Positions 26,650-39,664 of a stretch of DNA of 64,000 nt are shown here, in pieces. The position numbers and the translations under genes are program-made. Under the pieces are notes generated by a model that made no database searches, had not been told where the DNA came from, and was given only the letters and a program-made list of their open reading frames with translations. Source of the DNA: Octopus vulgaris (taxonomy: Eukaryota); assembly GCA_951406725.2 (NCBI GenBank), contig OX597822.1, forward strand, positions 72,664,001 to 72,728,000, given 5' to 3'. The stretch's first letter is position 1; the number at the start of each line of letters is the position of its first letter.

Positions 26650-26818
26650 AGAGAGAGAGAGAGAGGAGGGAGAGAGAGACTGATTAGTCACAGGGTTGAT
26701 CAGAATCTAGGAATATCAATAAGTTAGTTGCCAGGACTAGCTGGGTACAATAACAAAATTCACAGTGTGGTAAGCATCCGTTAGATGACACTTGTTGGTA
26801 GTATACTGCAGGTGTGTG

Positions 26819-26857
<39 letters not shown>

Positions 26858-27881
26858 ATAGAGTTTAAAATTTATTACAGCTGTTGAAGCAACATTCTAT
26901 TGGTGCATTCATAGATTTCATTCATAGCATATATCTACCAACGACAGGTAGCATTCTAAACATCCATGTACAGGAGAAGTAATGCATAGAAGAGTACCTA
27001 TTCACCAGCAAGCATGATGAACAATTCATGTATATATATATATGTGTGTTTGTGTGGTTGTGTGTGTGCTTTTGTGTTTGTCTCGAACATCGCTTGATAA
27101 CCGTTATTAGATTGTATAATAACTTTGTGGCTCAGCAAAAACACTCCGTTGCTTGAAACAAGGTAAAAGCTTAATATGCTGGTATTCGAAACGAATTAGC
27201 ATATAATTCATAAGTTCTACGTCTTATATCTGCGTGCTTAAGTTAATAGACGATCGAATGGATATCTTCACGTCAAACGTATCCTTAAGCTGAGCAGCCA
27301 ACTACTACTACACAAGAGCCACCGCCATGCTTTGCCACCACCTCCTCTATGAATTACAACAACAGCGTTGATGCAATCAAGTTGTAGGTATTTCTATACA
27401 CTGATCGCAATTTCATTGGATTCATTGACTGAGAACGAACGTCTGAATCTATGATTTGAATGTCTGATGCATTATGTATTTGACTGTTGTAATGGATTAG
27501 ACGTAAATAATGCATAAAAGATCGGACGTTATAATGCTAAGAATCTCTAAAAATTATCAAGATTGCAATTCGCCAATATTTGAGTTATTGATTCGGATTT
27601 CGCTGTCTTTCTTAATGCCAGTGTCTTAAGATAACGCAGAATAGATTAAAGTCAAATTAAGCTGTCACTACATAATGCTTCAAATAAAATGAAATTGCTG
27701 TTTTATGACATCGTCTTCTCTGAAAACATATAAAACAAGTAATTTTACAATGGTTTTAGCATTAATATCGCTGCTTTCTCTATAAATGACATACCCAGAA
27801 TATCTAACATTCGTAAGAACAAGCACACTTGCTAATGTACATAGGACAAAATATGTCCTTAAGTGGTATTCACCCATCCAT

Positions 27882-27915
<34 letters not shown>

Positions 27916-28167
27916 CAGTGTACATTTAAACACATTAAGAGGTGTCCATCATAGGACTAGCTTAGGCTAGAAGGAACAGCTAAAGTCCGAACCACTAATT
28001 AGAGATAAATTCCCGAACGGAATGAAGAATAAAAACATTTACCAGCTATTTCCTGGACCGGTTTCTGACTTTTTTTAACAAATTTTAACAACAGGTAGGA
28101 AAAAAAATGTGTAAGCAAGAGACACGTGCTGGATTGGCTTCGTGCTTATATATTTAATCTTGGCGTA

Positions 28168-28234
28168 CCTGTTGACGATGACTTCGCCCGGCAAATTATT
28201 TTATTTGATAAAAGAAGTCAGAAACCGGTCCAGG
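28168..28234 (+). ncRNA. Type-I minimal hammerhead ribozyme motif (C3>U variant)
   Basis: CCTG-TTGACGA-TGACTTC-(28 nt loop)-GAAGTCA-GAAA-CCGG-TC-CAGG. Stem I CCTG/CAGG, 7-bp stem II, palindromic ACCGGT stem III, GUC triplet. Confidence 0.75.
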
Positions 28235-28316
28235 AAATAGATGGTAAATGTTATTGTTTTATTCCCTTCGAGAATTCATCGTTAATTAGTAGTTTGGACT
28301 TTAGTTGTCAAGTCAT

Positions 28317-28332
28317 GTTGAGGGGACAAACA

Positions 28333-28380
<48 letters not shown>

Positions 28381-28553
28381 AACATATATACGACGGGCTT
28401 CTTTTAGTTTCCCTCTACCAAATCCACTCACAAGGCTTTGGTCGCCCCGAGGATATAGTAGAAGACACTTGCCCAAGGTACCACGCAGTGGGACTGAAGC
28501 CGGAACCATGTGGTTGGTAAGCAAGCTACTTACCACACAGCCGCTCCTGCGCC
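28317..28553 (-). mobile_element. SINE family A 5' portion
   Basis: Head intact (CACAGCCGCTCCTGCGCCT on plus strand), truncated just past the internal TA tract. Confidence 0.9.
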
Positions 28554-29264
28554 TTGCAGATTTTTCTATATGCATGTATGCCATTATTCAGTTTATTTCA
28601 AGATTTCTTGCCAATAGAGAAAGAATCGGTTTCTAACCTAGATCCTTCATTGGAATTTCAACATCAACAACAGAATATTTTTGTTTGTATGTATGTGTGT
28701 ATGTATGTGCAGATGTGTATGTTTTATGTATGTATGTATGTGTGTATGTGTATTTGAATGTGTGTCTGTATATGCACACACATATACTGAATTCTTATTT
28801 AGACTGTTCATTATTAACAAAAGAACATTGTTACAATTCTTTGAGTTGGTACACTGGAGTTAGTGAATTTTATTTCTTGGATAGTAACTAGTTTACCAAC
28901 TCCAAAACGTTAAAAGAATAAGTTCTGCTGCATTTGAGCGCATCCTCGAGGTATTTGTTTCTCAAAACTTACTCCTTCTTCAAATGCGTTCGTCTTATTC
29001 AGGAGCAATAGACATCAAACACTTTAAAAGGTGTAGAATATGTTAATGATTATGGCCGGAAACATGATGATATTCATACAATTTCCTCTGTGCGTATCGG
29101 ATCTAGCTTATACTGTAGAGTATAGAATAAATAATATCTATCTATGTATCTAGCTATCTATCTATCTCGCTCTCTATGTCACTCTTTATCTCTGTCTCTT
29201 TTTCTCACTCACCCTTTCTGTTTCTCTCTCTTTGTATATGTGTGGGTGGGTGTTTAAGTGTACG

Positions 29265-29349
<85 letters not shown>

Positions 29350-29945
29350 CTTCAACATGATTTGAAGATAATGGTAAAATATTTAAAACGAATTCGACCG
29401 CTGACTTCAACACAAATACTGTCTTGAATTATACATTAAGAATATTTAGCTAACGGAGAAAAAAGAAATCAAATTTTATCGAAATTAATAAGGTTTTCCT
29501 CGTGGCAAGAGAAAGTGTAAGACTACTAAAGAACCACTGGCATTTCACCAACAGGAATCAATATCACATTGTGATTTCTTCGGAATGTTGACAGCATAAA
29601 AATGATCAACGATTCAATACAATCGCGTTCAGTGATTCTCTGAGACATGACGAGAAAATTAAACTAGTTTAAAGAACTTTTTGGAGAAATTTCATCAGGG
29701 TTTGCAAGTAAATGACAAGCAAACTTTCGATTCGATGAACATACATATTATTTCGCTCGAAGGAATTAATGCGTTTGAGGGTCCAATGAAATATTTTCCG
29801 AAGTTCATGTCCGAATGTGAATTCCAGTATTAGAAAAGTGGTTTTATGCTAAGTATAATAACTCATTGCATTCTTGACAGGTATATTCATGTTGTTTTCT
29901 AAGAAAAATGTTGATTGTTAATTACATATAATATTACAAATTGAT

Positions 29946-30260
29946 TACTGGAAAATTACGGAATGGCATGTTTCAAACTTCGGCATTAGAGGGAATTTTA
30001 AGGCACGAACTTTTAGATACCACCAGCTTTCAAATATGCCTCCTGCGCAATCACGGGCAAAAACACTTTATTGTACCAATCCGATATAAAGAGTTCCTCA
30101 ATTGTTCATCTGTCTACCTGAAAGAATCAGAACTATAAAATGGACCTCTACTGCAACACTCCAAGAAACATCGGATAAACTTTTAACGACGGTACCAGCC
30201 GAGCAAGCCATGCAAGGATGCACTCAGGAAGGAGCAGCTTTGACAAACTGAATCACAGGC
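29946..30260 (+). pseudogene. Old CR1-group LINE ORF2 3' remnant
   Basis: YWKITEWHVSNFGI (29946) and PQLFICLPERIRTIKWTSTATLQETSDKLLTTVPAEQ (30096) resemble the CR1/L2-group C-terminal WKI...VPN and P.LFN.LP..IR...LDK.L..VPDEP pattern. Confidence 0.65.
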
Positions 30261-31616
30261 CAACTTCCATGTATAAATCGACAACAAAGCTTATATAAAA
30301 TAGATCAAAGCAGTGTTCCAGGTTGGCTGCAGTCCTACGACTGAAATCATAAAAGTTTGAAATGAATAAAGGAATAGTATGAATGATGATATTACGATAT
30401 TTGGAGTTAAGAAACCTCTAACCTCACAATATGATATTTTGTGATCTCTTTTTAATGTATACCGTAAGTCCTGCGTGTAGAAAGCAACCTTAAATCCTAG
30501 ATACGACTGAAGTATTGTATGAAGGGATAGAAGTGAATTTACTCTTGCGCTTCCAAAAAGATTAATTGTTTGTATCAATATAATGACGTGATTTAACATT
30601 ATTAGTTTGCCCTCTTCGTGTAATATCCAAGTCTTTCCTATAAATATTCCACTTTTTAAAATGGGATATTAATATGAATAGCTTTAATAAACATACTACA
30701 ACAGATCCAATAACCAAGACGAGCATATTCCAACAATTATTACTATCACGCGGTAGACTGTTAGATTGTATAATGCTATTTTCATATGGGACTATCAACG
30801 AACTTCTTTTTAAAGACAAAATGAAATTTGGTGCGCCTTGAAATCAGAACTAAATACGGCAAATCTTTTTCATCTGACAATCAATTGTGTGTATAAATCA
30901 ACCAGATTCTCCACTCTTTCGACGAAGACCTTCAATCTACAATGGGTTTAGTTAGCATTCTAGTACTGAGCCGCTCACAAGAAAATTTAACAACGTCACT
31001 TTTATTCGATAGGTGTCATAAAATGCAACAAAAATATATTACAGTTGAAATTTGAATTATTAACAAAAATTTAAACGTTAATGAAGGCGTGTTTGTTTTG
31101 CTATCTTGCCAATATACTGTAGATAATGCTGGCACTATTAGAGTAGCTGCTAAATATTTTTGTCGATCATAATTGAAATCAAATATTGACCGTAACGTTA
31201 TGGTCAGCTTTGATAGTATTAAGAACCGATGATATCTATAATTACTCCGCAAGATATAAATTATCGATTATTTACTCAAGTAAAAGTCATCAGATATATA
31301 ATATTGTTTATAATCCGTTTTTAAATAGAGTGGAAGTTTTATATTAACGAAGCATTTGAAGTAAAATTGCTAAACTTAGTAGTTTTGGTCACTAATTTCA
31401 GTGAGTTAGTAATTTGTTTAAGCTGTCACTGCATAATATAATTTCCTTTGCAAAGAATCAAAATTTAACCGAGAAGGAAATGAAGTTGTCTGAAATCCTT
31501 TCTAAATGAAAAATGAATGTGTCGCATCTTACTTTGTTTTTTCTGGCTTAGGTTAGTGAGGGGCAATACGTATGTGAGTTTTCCAGGGCTCCCAGAATGG
31601 TAGAATGATGGAAGAG

Positions 31617-31688
<72 letters not shown>

Positions 31689-31702
31689 CGATAGATAGAT
31701 AT
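31617..31702. repeat. (TAGA)n microsatellite
   Basis: About 20 tetranucleotide units. Confidence 0.95.
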
Positions 31703-32131
31703 AGGAGTGACTGTGTGGTAAGTAGCTTGCTTACCAACCACATGGTTCCGGCTTTAGTCCCACTGCATGGCACCTTGAGCAAGTGTCTCCTACTATAGCC
31801 TTGGGCCGACTAAATCCTTGTGACTAGATTTGGTAGACGGAAACTGAAAGAAGACCGTCGTATATATGCATATATATATATTATGTGTGTATTTTGGGTG
31901 TGTGTGTGTGAGTATGTTTGTATGTCTGTATTTGTTCCCCCCTCCCCCAACATCGCTTGGCAACCGATGCTAGTATGTTTACGTCCCCTTGACTTAGCGG
32001 TTCGGCAAAATGCTCCGATAGAATAAGTACTAGGCTTACAAAGAATAAGTCCTGGGGTCGATTTGCTCGAATAAAAGCTGGTGCTCCAGCATGGCCACAG
32101 TCAAATGACTGAAACAAGTAAAAGAGTAAAA
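31703..32131 (+). mobile_element. SINE family A, near full length
   Basis: AGGAGTGACTGTGTGGTAAGTAGCTTGC ... GAAACAAGTAAAAGAGTAAAA; reverse complement of the 18526-18940 copy. Confidence 0.92.
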
Positions 32132-32945
32132 AAATAGATAGAGATAGAGAATTATTTTCAGGCCGAAAAGATCGCTAAACTGCTTGTGCAGCAGTGTACT
32201 TTAATAAGTGTGGCATAACTCCAGTCGGTATCCCTATTTTCCTGTAAAACCTATTTTTCATGCTAGTGTTCTTATAAATAGATTTATTGAATAATTAAAG
32301 ATGAAAATATGACATGAGTTTGCTTCTGAATATTGAAGTGGAGTAGTATTAAAGTGTAACGATATTGATCGTAGTGATTCCGATTTCTTCGTGATAACCA
32401 TCAGTATCTATATTACAAATTTTACTAGTATGTCCACTCGATATTTAATCATCACTTGCTCCAACACAAACGCAACAGCTGCTAACAGCATAAACAAATA
32501 TAGACATCCCATCCCCGTTACATCTATTTCAGACCGTTCTCTTATGAATGCCTACATCAACATGCCTTTCACGCCAGCAAATTCTCTGCTTGTCTCGTCA
32601 TTCTGAATAAACAACACCACACTACTGTACAGCAACCATCACGCCATACTCTACAACTTAAATCCCCGGTAGAATTATCACAATTAGCTTTACCTTTATC
32701 GACATCATGAAACAATATATTAATTAAACAATTATAATGAAACTGTCTTGTCATTTCTCTAAAATCTATCTACAGATGAAGCATCCATACTCGGCATTTC
32801 CTTTAGTAACCACTATATTCTTTCACCGTTGTCTTTATCATAATTATATCAGCACAACAAGCAAAAGCAATCTAATCTTCCTCACCTCAAACTTTATCGT
32901 TGTGCTAAGAGAAATATACATTAAATAATATAGCCGTTAGTGCAA

Positions 32946-33374
32946 AGCGGCGAGCTGGCAGAATCGTCAGTACGCCGGGCAAAATGCTTAGCGGTATTTC
33001 GTCTGCCGTTACGTTCTGAGTTCAAATTCCGCCGAAGTCAGTTTTGCCTTTCATCATTTTGGGGTCGATAAATTAAGTACCAGTTATGCACTGGGGTCGA
33101 TGTAATCGACTTAATCCCTTTGTCTGTCCTTGTTTGTCCCCTCTATGTTTAGCCCTTTGTGGACAATAAAGAAATATGAAACGTTAGCACGTAGGGCGGA
33201 ATGCTTAGCGGTATTTCGTCTGCCGTTACGTTCTGAGTTCAAATTCCGCTGAGGTCAACTTTGCCCTTCATCCTTTCCGGGTCGAGTAAATAAGTACCAG
33301 TTACGCACTGGGGTCGATATAATCGACTGGCACCCTCCACCAAAATTTCAGGCCTTTTGCCTAGAGTAGAAGGG
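32946..33374 (+). mobile_element. SINE family B dimer flanked by 19-bp TSD
   Basis: Two units. Flanks AATATAGCCGTTAGTGCAA (32927-32945) and AATATAGCTGTTGGTGCAA (33375-33393). Confidence 0.9.
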
Positions 33375-34049
33375 AATATAGCTGTTGGTGCAACGTCAGA
33401 AAAAATATGACCGTGTTAGAGTAGGTTAGTGACTTAGTCAATTACGACTGGTCAAAATCAAGATGAAAACAACAGTGGAGGAGATAAGCCTGTGGGGGAA
33501 CCTCTAAGCAACTCTTCATCCTGCAAGAAATGGCAACCAAATCCTTCCTAAATTATACTTTACCGTTAAAAAAGCAAAGGTGACAGGGGCAGGGAGACAG
33601 CATTGTATATTTAACTTTTACATATATTATTTTTAAATAATATGAGATTTTCGTAATAGGAAGCCTACTAGATCAGGGTTGACCGCGGGTTAAACATTAT
33701 TACAGATGCTAGAAATAGCAACTACAGTTCGTTCAAATTACATTTTAAAAAGAATACATTAGATAATATAGTGCCGGATAACGTATTCTCGAAAGAAGAC
33801 GGACCGGTCATGGCTGGAATGCTTTTACCATTGCTATGTTTGGTCCTGTTTGAACTAGCATTAAACAATAATAACAAAGACACCACCTTCATCACCACTG
33901 CCTTCACCACCAGCTGCTAACCAACCCTCCCTAACCATTGCCTATAACACCACTAGCTATTGGAACTGCTAAAATAAAATAAAAAGATCAAGGGTTCTTC
34001 CCGAGGCAGGCTGGTAAACCCGGTTTGCTGGGTTCTGGGGAGTATATAA

Positions 34050-34236
34050 TACCTCCTGGATGGGACGCCGTTCTTTCACAGGATTACTTACTTTTACCTG
34101 GTGAGCAGAATGGAGCAAGGTGAACTGAAGTGTTTTATTGAATATCACAACGCATCATGCATTCCGTCCAGGAATCGAAACCGCAATTTTACGATCCTGA
34201 GTGCAACGTCCTAACCACTAAGCCACGCGTCTGCAC
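34050..34236 (-). mobile_element. Diverged tRNA-headed SINE related to the family C head
   Basis: GGAATCGAAACCGCAAT..CCTAACCACTAAGCCACGC is the reverse complement of B and A boxes. Relatives at about 645-740, 40920-41085 and 45640-45925. Confidence 0.7.
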
Positions 34237-34239
34237 ATC

Positions 34240-35325
34240 GGAATTGCTACCGTCAGCAAAATCATCAATATCATCTGCATGCTCACCACATCCACCTTCT
34301 CAACTTTTATTAACAGCAGCAACTACACGATCTTCACAGGACCACACCCACTGCAAAAACTCCACCCTCGCTAACAGAAAACAATACCGCCAACATGACG
34401 ACGACCACCACCACAACCACCGCTGCAGCCGCCATCATCACCGTCACCATGATCACCAACACCATCAGCCCCACCGTGACCGCTTCTCTCACAGCCGTCA
34501 CCACCAACATCACCATCATCATCACCATCATCAAACACTACCATTACCATCATCACCAACACCATCATCGCCGTCATTACCACTACCACTTCCACCACCA
34601 TCCAAAGCACCTCACCTCCACGACTGCCACCAGCAACACTTTTCAACATTCAACGAAAAGATCACAACTCCTAACCGCTCCATCTTTGCTACTAACAAGA
34701 AGAAACCACCACTATAGCCACAGCAAATACTACAATTGTTACGTCCACCTCCTCTCCTTCTTCTTCTTCTTCTTCCTCTACCACCACCAAAAGAGCCACC
34801 AGCACCACCGTTTCCAACATCACCTCCTGTAACTGCGCCGTCTCTATCATTATCACCGACCCTGTTTCCGTCTCTATGACCGCAAGAAATACCATGATGG
34901 TCACCTCCACCTACCCACTCTCTTACACAACCACCACCAACGACGGAACCACTCCAAACAGAAACACTACTACCGCAACCAATACTCGGAACTCCTCTCC
35001 CGCTAACACCGCTTACACCAACATTAGCAGCGGCAATGCAACTCACACTACTATGGCTACAACAAAAACTACAACCACCAACCACTCAAACTGCTACTAT
35101 CTCCAGCCAATAGCAAAGCATCCCCCAAACAACCGCCACCAGCAACGTTAGCACTACTACGAATGCAAACACCAACATAATCACCCTATCAACCACCTCA
35201 GTCTCTCCTACCTCTGTTACTATCATCATAACTAGCAATGGTACAAACACTGTAGCTCCTCTGACCACCGTCCACCGCCACAACCACGCAAAACCATAAC
35301 AAACAACCACTATCACCATCTTCAG
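34240..35325. repeat. Decayed CAC/CAT/ACT trinucleotide low-complexity tract
   Basis: C/A-rich plus strand. Thr- and His-rich ORFs switch frame repeatedly. Confidence 0.75.
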
Positions 35326-35467
35326 AACTGTACATAACGTGGCCTATTGATAGTGGCCACATCAAAGACTGTATTACCTTGATGTTTTATTTCATGTTTC
35401 ATAGCTTCTTGTCTCTAACATTACAGCATCGTAATTAGCAGTTAGTTTATTGTCTATAACGCTGTCC

Positions 35468-35498
<31 letters not shown>

Positions 35499-35594
35499 TA
35501 TGTGTAAATATATGGAAACATGTACTGCTAGATGTGTGCGCACTATAGTGCTTGTGTATATGTGTGTGAATACATACACATATACCTAAATACC

Positions 35595-35659
<65 letters not shown>

Positions 35660-35717
35660 CAGACTTATACACTTATACATGTGTGTGTGTGTGTGATATT
35701 GGAAAACACAGCGAAGA

Positions 35718-35767
<50 letters not shown>

Positions 35768-36617
35768 TATATGTGTGTATGAATGTATATATATATATAT
35801 TGTTAACGTCTGTACGCACACCCACACACACAGACACATACACACACAAACACGTGTCTATATAATATTTTTATGTGTGAGTCTCTGAAGCACACTCTTA
35901 AAGTGTGCGCGGCATTTGATTGCCCCTGATATGAGTCATTACGTTATAATCACACAACGTATATATTCTCGACTTTCCTACATATACTTGAAAACATAAG
36001 CTCATGTTCATATTTACAGATTGTAGTATATCTGTGCGCGTGCGTGTGCTTAGATGCGTATATGAGATCGAGTTTGCGTGTAAGTGCGTATGTCCTGCGT
36101 ATTTATATAATTCCCTGTTAATCACCACCACAAGATCCTTTTTTTTTTTCTTTACAGATATCTATTTCGGTGTAAGTTTTTAAACCATGCCCTCGGGAAT
36201 TAGTATTAGAATAGAAAACCCTATATTTGTTTCTTCATTTGAAATAATTCAAAAGTTAGCTAGAGTCGCTTCAACTTCGTTGTCTCTTAACTATACCATA
36301 ACAGTAAGTGTTATCGCCATAAAAAAATCCAACTAACTATCAAAACACTTACATTTATGAACTTTAAGCCAAATGTGTCCAATATACCGTTACATAAAGA
36401 GCAACTATGTCATCTGTAAATGCTAAAGAAAATAACTATTTAGGGTTGATGAGGTTACAGGCTCAAAAAATTCTCTTTTGTATATCTAGAATTATAATAA
36501 AATGTACTTTCTTTTCTCAATATATCTGGAAGCCGAAGTCCGGATTAAAATCCTACGTATAAGTAGCAGAATTGATTTAATTGCAGTCCAATATCCAAAC
36601 AGACCAACGATGTCCTC

Positions 36618-37200
36618 TTTGCTTTCGGTGCCAATGGTTTTATTATACAGGAACGTGTTTTAATATCCTGTAAATAATAATATTGGAATTTTTATACAAG
36701 CATAATGCTTATGGTGATCACCGTGCAATGACTAAGGAAAATAGTTTAATAAAGGGGCATATAAGCAAGCCCTCGACAGAAAAAAGAAAGCCCTCCTATC
36801 CATGTGGAACTCGAACCCACATCCCTTTGTTAACGCGACTAAGCGTCTTACTTTTATGCCCCTTTATTAGACTATTTTCCTTAGTCATTGCACGGTGATC
36901 GCCATAAGCTTTAAGCTTATATAAATACCATTATTATTATTTACAGGATTGTAAAACAGGGCACCGTATAACAAAACCATTCGCACCGAAAGCAAATAGA
37001 AAATTTGCTTACATAAAACAAATACGAATAGCATTTGACAGAAAGAGGGAAGCTGGTCGCTGGTGTAAAGGTAACACACTTAGTCGCGTTAACAAAGGAA
37101 TGTGGGTTCGCGTCCCACGCGGATAGGAGGGCCTTCTTTTTTTCTGCGGAGGGCTTATATGGCCCTTTATTAGACTATTTTCCTTAGTCATTGCACGGTG
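36618..37200. repeat. Fold-back cluster with tRNA-like module
   Basis: 36618-36761 is inverted at 36855-36996. 36720-36850 is inverted at 37070-37200. tRNA-like A box TGGTGTAAAGG and B box GGTTCGCGTCCC lie at 37061-37116. Confidence 0.85.
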
Positions 37201-37920
37201 TTCGGCATGAGGTCCTATCGATGTCCGTCCAAGATTTGTGGAATCTATGCGCGTTCTCATAATCCTACAAAAATCAACGTTTAACTGCTCTTACTTTGTC
37301 CCATACCCAATTGACAATAAGCTCAACGGGTTTATTCTCATATATCCTTAGATTTTATATTGATCACCATAATTTTTTACTCGGTAATATCTTTGATTCC
37401 CACCCCTGTGGTTAGTAAACCAACCACACAGAGAGAGGTTTCCTTCTAACATCAACAATTACTAACCGCTTATTGTATCTTTCTACAGACATTATCACCT
37501 GATCAAAACTGACGCATAATTCGACAAATCCCTAAAGCTAAGTGATTTCCTTCAATTTTTTCGTTATGTGAACGATCGAGCATAGGAAGCAAGAATGGAT
37601 ATTCAGCTTGAATCGATAAAGTGCGATCACCTACTGAGAGCTTTCTTCCGTTTGCGCATCGAAAAGTATACGCATAGGTTATATATATGTGTGCGTATAT
37701 ATGTACGTACGTAAGCGTGTGAGTTTGTGTGTGTGTGATAGATGATTAACAATCCTCTGTGTGCGTGCATATATATATATATATATACACACACATACAT
37801 ATATATATATTTATATATATATATAATAAAATATTAGGGAATAAATCCAATCTTATGTATTGGCTTACGTTTTTCATTGTATGATTTGCCTAATAGTGGT
37901 TTTATCTCTAATTTAATATA

Positions 37921-37955
<35 letters not shown>

Positions 37956-37956
37956 T

Positions 37957-37995
<39 letters not shown>

Positions 37996-38213
37996 TGTAT
38001 ATGTATGTGTATATATATATATATATATACAGAGAGAAAAAGAGGCAGACAGACAATCAGAGAGAGAGAGTGAGAGAGTGAGAGAGAGAGAGAGAGAGTG
38101 AAAGAGATCAGAAGTAATAGAGAGAATCATAAAAGAGTTAACCTAAGAAATTTTGGATGATTCTATATTCAAGGCTTGACAAGAAATAAGTAAAAGAATT
38201 CTACACACAGTGA

Positions 38214-38247
<34 letters not shown>

Positions 38248-39664
38248 ATCATAGAGACAGCAAATGACATCAGAGTCGCTAAGAGGAATGAGAAATTCGA
38301 TTTATTAAATTTTTAGGCAATATTTTTTTTGTTAGTGTTCATTTAATCACTTTGTATAAGAATCAAGTAATTTAATAAAAGTTACATTATAATCATTGTA
38401 TGCCATTCAGTTCCTTATTTTACTACAGTAAAATTATTACCTTCATTTTTACGGGCAACATTCTAGGTGAAAAAATTTCCCTGATAAAATAACTTTATTA
38501 ATTAAAAACTAGCACCTATACACCATTAATTGGATTATGATTTCACATAGAATAACACAAAGAATGTTATTAACATTTTCAATATTATAGTTGGTGAGGC
38601 ACACAATTCGACTGGAAAATTAAATTAGAATATCCTGCTAAATTTGAAGCATACATTACAATTAAGGATCATAAGAGAGTCTTGTCTCGAATCCAAAATG
38701 TAGGTTAATAAATTCTGCAAACGAGAAATACGATTAATTAGCAAGACAGTCTTTGAGGAATATTGCTAGCAATATTAGGGAAGCATATGAGCTCTAGCAA
38801 TGAAACAATAGTCGTACTTTAAAAAAAAAGTTTTCTCTAAAGATATTCTACAGAAAATGGAGCCAACTCTAATTTAATTCCCTTTTTTCAAAAATAAAAA
38901 AAAAGTTTCTAAGTTTTCCTGTCAGATTTTCTATAGAACTGATTTTTAAAGTTATCGCTATTAGAGCTGGCTCTAATTTCTAAAGAATATTTATAGAGAT
39001 AGCTTTAAAAAAAGTGAATTGCACTTCTAACACTAAAGGGCAGAATACTGATTTATAAACCTTTTATATATATATATATTCTTGGGAGTATATCATGGTT
39101 GTCTTGCGAAATACGATGTTCCTATCAACAGTTAGTTGTCGTACTGTTATAAGTTGGTTGTACAGTATTAATAATAAACATGACTCCATTTTCACCTAAT
39201 TTGGCATCCTCTAATTTATCCACTGAATTCTAACTTTTCATTTATTACCACCAGAATGCATATTTGTATATGAAAATGCTCTATTCGGTCCTGCGCAATA
39301 AATAAGATCCCACCATTTCAATCATTGTTAGTGTCGGGTTGTTCCTAGCGTAAAAAACTTTCGACCTCGTAGACCTGTATACATTAGACATATTAAGAAA
39401 TATGCTACATCATGTATTAAACTTCAGCAAGTTTATGCCCTGACCGTTTTCTAACAAGAGAGGAAAGGCTTTAGATACAGGAAAATATTTGCTAATTAGT
39501 ATATTTCAGAATTTTGAACAAAGATACATGCCACTACGTACCTGATCATTGCTAATTTTTTAGCGGTCACCTTAGATTTAATCCTAAAGAAATACATTGA
39601 TACCAGTTAAAACCATTCGCCCATAATTTTTAAAATCCTATGCAGTATCATTATTAGAATATTA

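Noticed and set aside
28570-28682. Additional intact hammerhead (minus-strand GAAACCGATT)
   Set aside because: The core and stem II cannot be paired in this copy. Kept only as a degenerate candidate.
34157-35319. Mucin-like Thr-rich or His-rich protein
   Set aside because: The Thr-rich phase jumps between frames with stops, no convincing splice sites bound it, and it starts inside a SINE. Decayed triplet repeats explain it better, though RNA-seq could overturn this.
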